Assembly (NCBI RefSeq): GCF_030028105.1
Contig: NC_092395.1
Location: 43,676,459 to 43,740,458, forward strand
Length of the DNA: 64,000 nt
Direction of reading: 5' to 3'
Source of the DNA: Mobula birostris
Taxonomy: Eukaryota
Part shown: piece by piece, positions 27,811 to 39,624 of the stretch
How the letters are laid out: the number at the start of each line of letters is the position of its first letter
How positions within the stretch are numbered: the first letter of the stretch is position 1
Notes under the pieces: generated by a model
Databases searched by the model: none
What the model was told of the DNA's origin: nothing
What the model saw: only the letters and a program-made list of their open reading frames with translations
Made by a program: the position numbers and the translations under genes

Positions 27811-29436
27811 CAGTGGCATGCAAAAGTTTAGACACCCCGGTCAAAATTTCTGTTACTGTGAATAGCTAAGAGAGGAAAAGATGAACTGATTTCCAAAATG
27901 CATAAAGTTAAAGATGGCACATTTCTTTAATATTTTAAGCAAGAAAACTTCTTTATTTCCATCTTTTACAGTTTCAAAATAACAAAGAAGGAAAAGGGCC
28001 TGAAGCAAAAGTTTGGCACCCTGCATGGCAGTACTTAGTAACACTCCCTTTGGCAAGTATCACAGCTTGTAAACACTTTTTGTAGCCAGCTAAGCATCTT
28101 TCAATTCTTGTTTGGGGGATTTTCGCCTATTCTTCCTTGCAAAAGTCTTCTAGTTCTGCGAGATTCTTGGGTTGTCTGGCATGCAGTGCTCTCTTGAGGT
28201 CTATCCACAGATTCTCGATGATGTTTAGGTCTGGGGACTGTGAGGGCCATGGCAAAACCTTCAGCTAGCGCCTCTTGAGGTAGTCTGTTGTGAATATTGA
28301 GGTGTGTTTGGGATCATTATCCTGTTGCAGAAGCCATCCTCTTTTCATCTTCCGCTTTTTTACAGACGGTGTGATGTTTACTTCCAGAATTTGCTGGTAT
28401 TTAATTTAATTCATTCTTCCCTCAACCAGTAAAATTTCCCTGTGCCACTGGCTGCAACACAAACCCAAAGCATGATCGATCCACCTCCGTGCTTAACAGT
28501 TGGAGAGGGGTTCTTTTCATGAAATTCTGCACCCTTTTTTCTCCAAACATACCTTTGCTCATTGCAGCCAAAAAGTTCTTTTCAAAAGGTTCAAAGGAAC
28601 ATCTAAACAAGCCTGATGCATTTTGGAAACAGGTCCCGTGGACCGATGAAGTTAAAATAGAACTTTTTGGCCGCAGTGAGCAAAGGTATGTTTGGAGAAA
28701 AAAAGGTGCAAAATTTCATGAAAAGAACCTCTCTCCAACTGTTAAGCATTGGGGTGGATCGATCATGCTTTGGGCTTGTATTGCAGCCAGTGGCAGGGGA
28801 ACATTTAATGGTAGAGGGAAGAATGAATTAAATTAAATACCAGCAAATTCTGGAAGCAAACATCACACCATCTGTAAAAAAGCTGAAGATGAAAAGAGGA
28901 TGGCTTCTACAACAGGATAATGATCCTAAATTCATGTCAAAATCCACAATGGACTACCTGAAGAGGTGCAAGCTGAAGGTTTTGCCATGGCCCTCACAGT
29001 CCCCTGACCTAAACATCATTGAGAATCTGTGGATAGACCTCAAAAGATAAGTGCATGCAAGATGACCCAAGAATCTCACAGAACTAGAAGCCTTTTGCAC
29101 GGAAGAATGGGTGAAAATCCCCAAACAAGAATTGAAAGACTCTTAGCTGGTTACAAATAGTGTTTACAAGCTGTGATGCTTGCTAGGGGGGTGGGGAGGG
29201 GTGTTACTAAGTACTGCCCTGCAGGGTGCCCAAACTTTTGCTTCAGACCCTTTTCCTTTTTTGTTAGTTTGAAACTGTAAAAGATGGAAATAAAAAAGTT
29301 TTCTTGTTAAAAATATTAAAGAAATATGACATCTTTAACTTTATGCCTTTTGGAAATCGGTTCATCTTTTACTCGCTTCATTATTCACAGTAACAGAAAT
29401 TTTGACCAGGGGTGCCCAAACTTCTGCATGCCACTT
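27811..29436. mobile_element. Palindromic (fold-back) Tc1/mariner derivative, non-autonomous
   Basis: TA TSD at 27809-27810 and 29437-29438. Ends cagtggcatgcaaaagttt / aaacttctgcatgccactt. Arms ~27811-28579 and ~28659-29436 are inverted copies. WTDE, QQDNDPK and [11 protein letters not shown] motifs on the plus strand. Confidence 0.92.
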
Positions 29437-32226
29437 TACATTTGGGAAGATGACCTGCAAGTTTTTTTTTCCTCTGAGGAAGCATAAAAGCTCTGCTGTG
29501 GATGAAATATCTTTGCCACTTACAAATTCCCTGAAATGGATAATCTACTCCACAAGGTCTAACTCCAGGTCAGCTGAATATCTGCTTTGGAGATCAGATG
29601 CTCTCTTGTGCAGATCTTGTACAGAGATAGAAGAGATATTGTTTAGGATGCCAAATGTGTTGTTAAGGTCATTATATGATGCAAATCTGCAATCAATTTC
29701 TGCAAGTAATCTATTCTTCACGATCCAAAAACAGTAGTGGAATATTTTTCTCTGGCTGACAAGCCAACATCAGGTGTTGTGGATTTACCCAGAAAGACTT
29801 TACAATTTCTTTGTTGTTTCTACACTTGTGAGACTGTTGGAGACATAGTTTTAGTTTGGGTCTCAAAAGTATCAAATTGATCATGCAAGCTTGCTATGTA
29901 TCTCCGTAGTGATCTCCCCAAATCCACAGTATTACACAGGTCTAGATTTACAGCTTGCAATGCAACACTTGCACTTTCAAAGTGCTGAAGAATGCAGTGC
30001 CACAATTTGTTCAGAAAAGCTATCTCAAGCTTGTCCATTTTTTTGTACAGTGACCTTGCTTCATTTCTAGTTGCCACATTCTGATTAATGTCATCTGCAA
30101 TGCTCTTTAACGAATCGTGAATATTGGCATAATTTCTGCACAATGCCTGTGTGGCTTCTGCATGTGCAGCCCATCTAGAGAGAGACTTCAGAGTTTCAAT
30201 GCGCTTGTTCGCATTAGGTTGAAGTCCTGCGGTCACCACCTCCCACATAGAGGTTGACTTGGAGAAGAAGTTGAACACACTCTGCACGAAGTTGAAAAAA
30301 AAATCAGCTGTTTCAGCACAACAGTTGACACTGTTGATTCCAGCGAGTTTCAATGTTTGTGCTGCACATGGAACCCACTCAGCAAGTGGATTGGTTTCCT
30401 TGATGCAGAATTGTAAGCCTTTGTATGCACCGGACATATTTGCAGCATTGTCATAGCACTGCCCCCTGCAGTTGCTTATGTCAATATTCCCCTCTCCTAA
30501 AACTTTTGAGCGCAAAATTACATAAAGCTTCCCCTCTGTGGCTCTCAATGGGTTGAAATCATAAGAATTGCTCCTGATAGTTTCCATCAGTTCACAAATA
30601 ATGTAAAATGAATGTGAGCTGATCTACGTGTGCAACATCTAGAACATAGAACATAGCATAGTACAGCACAGCACAGGCCCTTCGGCCCACAATGTTGTGC
30701 CGACCCTCAAAGCCTGCCTCCCATATAAGCCCCCACCTTAAATTTCTCCATATACCTGTCTAGTAGTCTCCTAAACTTCACTAGTGTACCTGCGTCCACC
30801 ACTGACTCAGGCAGTGCATTCCATGCACCAACCACTCTCTGAGTAAAAAAACCTTCCTCTAATATCCCCCTTGAACTTCCCACCCCTTACCTTAAAGCCA
30901 TGTCCTCTTGTATTGAGCAGTGGTGCCCTGGGGAAGAGGCGCTGGCTATCTACTCTATCTATTCCTCTTATTATCTTGTACACCTCTTTCATGTCTCCTC
31001 TCATTCTCCTTCTCTCCAAAGAGTAAAGCCCTAGCTCCCTTAATCTCTGATCATAATGCATACTCTCTAAACCAGGCAGCATCCTGGTAAATCTCCTCTG
31101 TACCCTTTCTAATGGTTCCACATCCTTCCTATAGTAAGGTGACCAGAACTGGACACAGTACTCCAAGTGTGGCCTAACCAGAGTTTTAGAGAGCTTCATC
31201 ATTACATCGCGACTCTTAAACTCTATCCCTTGACTTATGAAAGCTAACACCCCATAAACTTTCTTAACTAACCTATCCACCTGTAAGGCAACCTTCAGGA
31301 ATCTGTGGACATGTACCCCAAGATCCCTCTGCTCCTCCACACTACCAAGTATCTTGCCATTTACTTTGTACTCTGCCTTGGTGTTTGTCCTTCCAACTTC
31401 TCCGGGTTGAACTCCATCTGCCACTTTTCAGCCCACTTCTGCATCCTATCAATGTCTCTCTGCAATCTTTGACAATCCTCTACACTATCTACAATACCAC
31501 TAACCTTTGTTTCGTCTGCAAACTTGCCAACCCACCCTTCTACCCCAACATCCAGGTCATTAATAAAAATCACGAAAAGTGGAGGTCCCAGAACCGATCC
31601 TTGTGGGACACCATTAGTCACAATCCTCCAATCTGAATGTACTCCATCCACCATGACCCTCTGCCTTCTGCAGGCAAGCCAATTCTGAATCCACCTGGCC
31701 AAACTTCCCTGGATCCCATGCCTTCTGACTTTCTGAATAAGCTTACCGTGTGGAACCTTGTCAAATGCCTTACTAAAATCCATATAGATCACATCCACTG
31801 CACTACCCTCATCTATATGCCTGGTCACCTCCTCAAAGAACTCTATCAGGCTTGTTAGACATGATCTGCCCTTCACAAAGCCATGCTGACTGTCCCTGAT
31901 CAGACCATGATTCTCCAAATGCCCAGAGATCCTATCTCTAAGAATCTTTTCCAACAGCTTTCCCATCACAGACGTAAGGCTCACTGGTCTAAAATTACCC
32001 GGACTATCCTTACGAACTTTTTTGAACGAGGGGACAACATTCACCTCCCTCCAATCCTCCAGTACCATTCCCGTGGGCAACAAGGACATAAATATCCTAG
32101 CAAGAGGCTCAGCAATCTCTTCTCTCGCCTCGTGGAGCAGCCTGGGAAATATTCCATCAGGCCCCGGGGACTTATCCGTCCTAATGTATTTTAACAACTC
32201 CAACACCTCCTGTCCCTTAATATCAA

Positions 32227-34729
32227 TAGACAATAGACAATAGGTGCAGGAGTAGGCCATTTGGCCCTTCGAGCCAGCACCGCCATTCACTGTGATCATG
32301 GCTAATCATCCACAATTAGTATCCAGTTCCTGCCTTATCCCCATAACCTTTGATTCCGCTATCTTTAAGAGCTCTATCCATCTCTTTTTTGAATGCATCC
32401 AGAGACTTGGCCTCCACAGCATTCTGGGGCAGAGCATTCCATGTATCCACCACTCTCTGGGTGAAAAAGTTTTTCCTCAACTCCATTCTAAATGGCCTAC
32501 TCCTTATTCTTAAACTGTGGCCTCTGGTTCTAGACTCGCCCATCAGCGGGAACATGCTTCCTGCCTCCAGCATGTCCAATCCCTTAATAATCTTATATGT
32601 TTCAATAAGATCCCTCTCAGCCTTCTAAACTCCAGAGTATACAAGCCCAGTCACTCCAATCTTTCGACATATGACAGTCCCGCCATCCCGGGAATTAACC
32701 TTGTGAACCTGCGCTGCACTCCCTCAATAGCAAGAATGTTCTTCCTCAAATTTGGAGACTAAAACTGCACACAGTACTCCAGGTGTGGTCTCACCAGGAC
32801 CCTGTACAGCTGCAGAAGGACCTCTTTGTTCTTATACTCAATTCCCCTTGTTATGAAAGCCAGCATGCCATTAGCTTTCTTCACTGCCTGCTGTACTTGC
32901 ATGCTTGCTTTCAGTGACTGACGTACAAGAACACCTAGATCTCGTTGTGCTTCCCCTTTTCCTAACTTGACTCCATTTAGATAATAACCTGCCTTCACGT
33001 TCTTACCACCAAAGTGGATAACCTCACATTTATCCACATTAAACTGCATCTGCCCACTCACCCAGCCTGTCCAAGTCACCCTTCATTCTCATAACATTCT
33101 CCTCACATTTCACAGTTCCACCCAGCTTTGTGTCATCAGCAAATTTGCTAATGTTACTTTTAATTCCCTCATCTAAATCATTAATATGCTGCAGTCCCAG
33201 CACTGAACCCTGCGGTACCCCACTGGTCACCTCCTGGCATTCCAAAAGGAACCCGTTAAACGCTACTCTTTGTTTTCTGTCAGTCAGCCAATTTTCAATC
33301 CATCTCAGTACTCTGCCCCCAATACCATGTTCCCTAATTTTGCCCAATAATCTCCCATGTGGGATTTTATCAAAGGCTTTCTGAAAGTCCAGGTACACTA
33401 CATCCACTGACTCTCCCTTGTCCATTTTCATAGTTACATCCTCAATAAATTCCAGAAGATTAGTCAAGCACGGTTTCCTCTTCGTAAATCCATGCTGACT
33501 CGGACCAATCTTGTTACTGCTATCCAGATGTGTCGTAATTTCATCTTTTATAATTGACTCCAGCATCTTCTCCACCACCGACGTCAGGCTAACTGATCTA
33601 TAATTCCATGTTTTCTCTCTTCCTCCCTTCTTGAAGACAGGGACAACATTTACCACCCTCCATTCCACAGGAACTGGTCCTGAATCTATAGAGCATTGGA
33701 AAATGATTACCAATGCATCCACGATTTCTAAAGCCACCTCCTTAAGTACCCTGGGATGCAGACCATCAGGTCTCGGGGACTTATCAGTCTTCAGACCCAA
33801 AAGCCTATCCAACACCATTTCCTACCTAATATAAATTTCCTTCAATTCATCCATTACCCTAGGTCCTTTGGCCACTATTACATCTGGGAGATTGTTTGTG
33901 TCTTCCCTAGTGAAGACACATCCAAAGTACCTGTTCAACTCGTCTGTCATTCTTTGTTTCCTATAATAAATTCACCCGCTTCTGTCTTCAAGGGCCCAAT
34001 TTTGGTCTTAACTATTTTTTTTTTCCTTTTCACATACCTAAAGAAGCTTTTACTATCCTCCTTTATATTCTTGGTTAGTTTACCTTCGTACCTCATTTTT
34101 TCTCCGCGTATTGCCATTTAGGTTACTTTCTGTTGCTCTTTAAATTTTTCCAATCCTCTGGCTTCCCACTCGTCTTTGCTATGTTATACTTCTCTTTTAT
34201 TTTTATACAGCCCATTATGCCCCATGTCAGCCCTGGCCTCCCCTTACTCCCCTTAGGATCTTTCTTCCTCTTTGAAACAAACTGATCCTGCACCTTCCGC
34301 ATTATTCCCAGAAACACTTGCCATTGCTGTTCCACTGTCATCCCTGCTAGGGTATTGTTCCATTGAACTTTGGCCAGCTCCTCCCTCAGAGCACCATAGT
34401 TCCCTTTGCTCAACTGTAATACTGACACTTCCCAGTTCCCCTTCTCCCTCTCAAATTGTAGATTAAAACTTACCATATTATGGCCACTACCCCCTAATGG
34501 CTCCTTTACCTCGAGGTCCCTGATCAAATCCGGTTCACTGCACAACACTAAATCTATAATTGCATTCTCTCTGGTAGGCTCCAGTACAAGCTGTTCCAAA
34601 AATCCATCTCGGAGGGACTCCACAAACTCCCTTTCTTGGGGTCCAGTACCAACCTCATTCCTCCAGTCTACCTGCATGTTGAAGTCCCCCATAACAACTG
34701 TAGCATTACCTTTGTAACATGCCAATATC
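32227..34729 (-). mobile_element. CR1 family A LINE, 5'-truncated, nested in family B
   Basis: ATAGACA tail. ORFs 34123-34761, 33039-33818 and 32759-33079. TSD aatatcaa at 32219-32226 and 34730-34737. Confidence 0.9.
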
Positions 34730-36129
34730 AATATCAACATGCTCCAGAACATCAACCTCACTCATATTGTCCTCACCATCATCAAGTTCCCTCTCATTGG
34801 TGAATACCGAAGAGAAGTATTCATTGAGGACCTCGCTCACTTCCACAGCCTCCAGGCGCATCTTCCCCCCACTACCGCTAATCGGTCCTACCTTCACTCC
34901 TGTCATCCTTCTTTTCTTCACATAATTGAAGAATGCCTTGAAGATTTCCTTTACCCTACTCGCCAAGGCTTTCTCATGCCCCATTCTTGCTCTTCTCAGC
35001 CCCTTCATAAGCTCCTTTCTTGCTTCCCTATATTCCTCAATAGACCTATCTGATCCTTGCTTCCTAAACCTCATATATGCTGCCTTCTTCCACCTGACTA
35101 GATTACCCACCTCACTTGTCACCCATGATTCCTTCACCCTACCATTCTTTATCTTCCTCACCGGGACAAATTTATCCCTTACATCCCGCAAGAGATCTCT
35201 AAACATCAACCACATGTCCATAGTACATTTCCCTGCAAAAACATCATCCCAATTCACACCCTCAAGTTCCAGCCTTATAGCCTCATAATTTGCCCTTCTC
35301 CAATTAAAAATTTTCCTGTCCTCTCTGATTCTATCCTTTTCCATGATAATGCTAAAGGCCAGGGAGCGGTGGTCGCTGTCCCCCAGATGCTCACCCACTG
35401 AGAGATCTGTGACCTGACCCGGTTCATTACCTAGTACTAGATCTAGAATGGCATTCCTCCTATTCAGCCTGTCCACACACTGTGACAGGAATCCGTCCTG
35501 GAAACACTTTACAAATTCTGCCCCATCTAAACCCTTGGAACTAATCAGGTGCCAATCAATATTAGGGAAGTTAAAGTCACCCATGATAACAACCCTGTTA
35601 TTTTTGCACCTTTCCAAAATCTGCCTCCCAATCTGCTCCTCTGTATCTCTGCTGCTACCAGGGGGCCTATAGAATACCCCCAATAGAGTATCTGCTCCCT
35701 CCCTGTTCCTGACTTCCATCCGTACTGACTCAAAAGAGGATCCTGCTACATTACCCACCCTTTCTGTAGCTGTAATAGTATCCCTGACCAGTAATGCCAC
35801 GCCTCCTCCCCTTTTTCCCCCCTCTCTATCCATTTTAAATCACTGAAATCCAGGAATATTGAGAATCCATTCCTGCCCTGGTGCCAGCCAAGTCTCTGTA
35901 ATGGCCACTACATCATAATTCCATGTATGTATCCAAGCTCTCAGTTCATCACCTTTGTTCCTGATGCTTCTTGCATTGAGGCGCACACATTTCAGCCCTT
36001 CTACCCTACTGTCTTTACACTGTTTATTCTGCTTCTCTTTCCTCAAAGCCTCTCGATATGTTAGATCTGGCTTTACTCCATGCACTTCTTTCACTGCTCT
36101 ATCGCTCTGGGTCCCATTCCCCTTGCAAA

Positions 36130-37071
36130 TTAGTTTAAACCCTCCCGAACCATGCCAGCGAACCTACCTGCAAGGATATTGCTCCCCTTTGAGTTCAGGT
36201 GCAACCCATTCAATCTGTTCAGGTCCCACCTTCCCCAGAAGAGATCGCAATGATCCAAAAATTTCAAACCCTGCTCCCTGCACCAACTCCTCAGCCACGC
36301 ATTCAACTGCCATTTCCACCAATTCTTACCATCACTATCATGTAGCACTGGCAGCAATCCTGAGAACGCCACCCTTGAGGTCCTGTTCTTCAGCTTTCTG
36401 CCTAGTTCCCAAAACTCACACTTCAGGACCTCATCCCTCTTCTTGCCTATGTCATTGGTCCCAACATGTATCATGACTTCTGTTTGCTTTCCCTCTCGTA
36501 CCAGGATGTCGTGCACCCGGTCAGAGACATCCCGGGCCCTGGCACCTGGGAGGCAACAAACCATGCGGGTGTCCTTTTCATGTCCACAAAATCTCCTGTC
36601 TGCTCCCCTGACTATAGAGTCTCCAATGATGACAGCTCTCCTTTTCTCCGTCCCACGCTTCTGCACCACCAGGTCAGACTCAGTGCTGGAGGCCCTGCCA
36701 CCGTGGCTCACACCTGGTCGGTCGTCCCCACCAACAGTATCCAGGACGGTAAACTTATTATTCAGGGGAATGGCTACAGGGGTGCTCTGCACCACCTGTC
36801 TGCTCATCTTCACTTTCCCCCCTATGACTGTCACCCAATCACCTGCTTCCAACAGCCTAGGTGTGACTACCTCCCTGTAGCTCTCATCTATGACTGTCTC
36901 ATTCTCCCTTATGAGTCGAAGGTCATGCAGGTGCTGCTCCAGATTCCTTGCACGGTCTTCCAGATCGCCCAGCCGTTTGCACTTCTGGCAAATGTGATTC
37001 TGCGGGAGAGGGGCGTTCCCCCAAGACTGCCACATCTCACATGAGAGGCACATCACCATCTCAAGAGACAT
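36130..37071 (-). CDS. CR1 ORF1p, 313 aa: Cys-rich N-terminus, coiled coil, SGNH esterase
   Basis: CLSC...CQKC, heptad-like LEDRARNLEQHL segment, IIGDSIV, MIHVGTNDIG and DGLHLN-like NGLHLN. Confidence 0.85.
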   Translation of the reverse strand: MSLEMVMCLSCEMWQSWGNAPLPQNHICQKCKRLGDLEDRARNLEQHLHDLRLIRENETVIDESYREVVTPRLLEAGDWVTVIGGKVKMSRQVVQSTPVAIPLNNKFTVLDTVGGDDRPGVSHGGRASSTESDLVVQKRGTEKRRAVIIGDSIVRGADRRFCGHEKDTRMVCCLPGARARDVSDRVHDILVREGKQTEVMIHVGTNDIGKKRDEVLKCEFWELGRKLKNRTSRVAFSGLLPVLHDSDGKNWWKWQLNAWLRSWCREQGLKFLDHCDLFWGRWDLNRLNGLHLNSKGSNILAGRFAGMVREGLN

Positions 37072-37989
37072 TGTAAAGACTAACTGCGAGCAAGCTTGTC
37101 CTCTGCCTCTTCTCGTCGAAGCCTCTTGCTTGAATCGATGCTAATGGAAAAGTATTTGACCATTTTGACTTCACTGACGATCTCTGACAGAACTTGATCG
37201 CTCATGAGCTCAATAAACTCCTCAACATGTTTTAGGTGAAAGATATGAAGGGGTGCCTGATCCTGCATTTCCAAATTTCTGTATGTGCGCCTTCAAAAAC
37301 GGGTCAAACTCACTTATTACCTCTAAAATGCCCATGTAGTTGCCATTATCAGGCCTGCCAAATATATCACTGGAGCCTCGGATAGCCAGTCCCCTCTCGA
37401 ACAAAAACTTCACAACCGCCACCACTCTTCTCAATACGTCGGTCCAGTAGACACACTCTGACTCGAACTGATTTTGCAGTTCTGTATCTATCCTAACGCT
37501 GTCAGATGCTAGTGTAACGTAAATGCTAACGCTGGTGCTCGTGCTAGCTGTTGAACCAGTCTCCATTTGTCCACCAGTCTCAGACTGCGACAAGAGCAAT
37601 AGTACTGCTGCATCATCGAGAACAGGTTTAAAAAAATTCTGACAATTTCAATGTATTTTTTAATGCCTCTTTCTCACGGTCCTCTTTTTCTTGTTTCTTT
37701 TTTCTTTTCTATGCTCCACTCTTGTATTTTTTTTTGTCTGTCATGATGATAGCTACCGATTTTGGGCCCCTGTGCAGCTCTGGCCCCTGGGCTGCAGCAC
37801 AGCCAGGCCTACCTAAAGTACAGCCTTGCCAATAGCCTTATCAAATCTCCCTGCCGGGATACTGGTCCCCCTCCAATTCAAGTGCAACCTGTCCTCTTTA
37901 TACAGGTCACCGCCTGCCCAAGAAGAGGTCCCAATGATCCAGAAATCTGAATCCCTGCCCCCACTCCAATTCTTCAGCCATGCATTTAT

Positions 37990-38660
37990 ACTTATATTTA
38001 TACTTTATACTTTATTGTCGCCAAACAAGTGATACTAGAACCTACAATCATCACAGCGATATTTGATTCTGTGCTTCGCGTTCCCTGAAGTACAAATCAA
38101 TAGTAAATATTAAAAATTTAAATTATAACTCATAAATAGAAAATAGAAAATAGAAAGTAAGGTAGTGCAAATAAACAGAGAGGCAGGTCTGGATATTTGG
38201 AGAGTACAGCCCAGATCAGGGTCAGGATCCGTTCAACAGTCTTAGCACAGTTGGAAAGAAGCTGTTCCCAAATCTGGCCATACGAGTCTTCAAGCTCCTG
38301 AGCCTTCTCCCGGAGGGAGGAGGGACGAAAAGTGTGTTGGCTGGGTGGGTCGTGTCCTTGATTATCTTGGCAGCACTGCTCTGACAGCGTGCGGTGTAAA
38401 GTGAGTCCAAGGACGGAAAATTGGTTTGTGTGATGTGCGGGGCTGTGTTCACGATCTACTGCATCTTTTTCTGGCCTTTGACTGGACAACTTCCACACCA
38501 GGTTGTGATGCACCCTAGAAGAATGCTTTCTACGGTGCATCTATAAAAATTAGTGAGGGTTTTAGGGGACAGGCCAAATTTCTTTAGCTTTCTCAGGAAG
38601 TAAGGGCACTGGTGGGCCTTCTTGCCAGTGGACTCTGCTTGGTTGGACCAAGTCAGGCAG
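37990..38660 (-). mobile_element. Rex1/L2-like LINE 3' fragment
   Basis: YFLRKLKKFGLSPKTLTNFYRCTVESILLGCITTW and IIKDTTHPANTLFVPPPSGRRLRSL motifs. Confidence 0.75.
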
Positions 38661-38811
38661 ACATCCCACCTCTCCCGGAAGTTCCAGGAGTCTCCCGCAT
38701 ATCGATAGTGGCTTCCTGATGTCCGGAAATTACATACAATATCCCAGAAATAGATTTTTTTGAGAGGGAGAGGGAGAGCGAGCATCCTGATTGGTCTCTC
38801 TTCATGCTAAG

Positions 38812-39620
38812 AGTGGTCCCCAACCACCGGGCCGCGAGGAAACAATATGATTTGGCGATATGAAATGATATGAATCAGCTGCACCTTTCCTCATTCCCTG
38901 TCACGCACTGTTGAATTTTAACACACGCAAGGTCGTCACTGACCCAAGACATGCAAATAAATGAGTCCGTGATCCATTTGTGAATGTTCCCGGGGAATCA
39001 TCCACGTCAGCGTGGGAAAAAGATCAACTCCTCGAGCTTGCAAATGACGGTGGGCTGAAAAGTATGTTTGACATAGCATCTCTGCTGGCATTCTGGATCA
39101 AAGTCAAGGCTAAATACCCTGAGATAGCCACGAAAGCACTGAAAATTTTGCTTCCATTTCCAACATATTTCTGCGAAGTGGAGATTTCTGCAATGAATGC
39201 AACGAAAACTAAATTGCAGAATAGACTGGGCATAAGGAACTCCCTTCGAGTATCGCTGTCTCCCATCACCCCTCGATAGGACCATGTTGTTGCAGGAAAA
39301 CAAGCCCAGGGCTCCCACTGATTCAGCAATATTGGTGTGTTGTAATGATTTTATATGTTCATACGTGGAAAATATGCACTGTGTGTTTAATATCCAAACG
39401 TTACTTAAAATGTTACAATGCTATTGACGTATAAGTGACTTATAATTCAGTGATCCCCAATCTCCGGGCCGCGAATAATACAGCGGTGGCCGGAACGCAC
39501 CCAGCACATCTCTAAGAAAAAAAGCCGAAATAAACAAGCTAATTAATTAGGTGCCACCCGGCATGTAAATGTTAGTCCAGATCAGAGGTGATGGAATCAG
39601 CAATCGCACATTTTTAGAAA
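38812..39620 (+). mobile_element. Charlie/Buster-type hAT C-terminal fragment
   Basis: ORF 38980-39279 (FWIKVKAKYPEIATKALKILLPFPTYFCE). Charlie-like end motif (g/c)agtg(g/a)tccccaa at ~38812 and ~39448. Confidence 0.75.
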
Positions 39621-39624
39621 CTTA

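Larger units (their letters stand above)
30640..37130 (-). mobile_element. CR1 family B LINE with near-complete 5' end, split into 30640-32226 and 34730-37130 by a family A insertion
   Basis: ORF1 36130-37071 is open. ORF2 pieces 35840-36094, 34706-35833, 31361-32299 and 30807-31424. The host reading joins as ccttaatatcaa|catgctcc, as at ~16311-16330. Confidence 0.92.
26915..37828 (-). mobile_element. hAT DNA transposon (ZMYM1-like/DUF4371 transposase) interrupted by Tc1 and CR1 insertions
   Basis: Terminal inverted repeats cagggctggatttag / ctaaagtacagccttg. 8-bp TSD tcaatagc (26907-26914) / ccaatagc (37829-37836). Transposase pieces 37222-37599, 37080-37274, 29820-30587 (GQCYDNAANMSG, SRW) and 27581-27844 (dimerisation domain). 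Confidence 0.9.
23899..37985 (-). mobile_element. CR1 family C LINE split into 23899-26914 and 37829-37985 by the hAT insertion
   Basis: RT and endonuclease ORFs 24713-25498 and 26000-26805. CR1 ORF1 sequence resumes after the hAT right end (caatagc|cttatcaaatctccctgcc). Confidence 0.85.

Noticed and set aside
14496-36880. Many recurrent plus-strand ORFs (e.g. [12 protein letters not shown].., [11 protein letters not shown]..)
   Set aside because: They are antisense shadows of minus-strand CR1 ORFs repeated with each copy, not a gene family.
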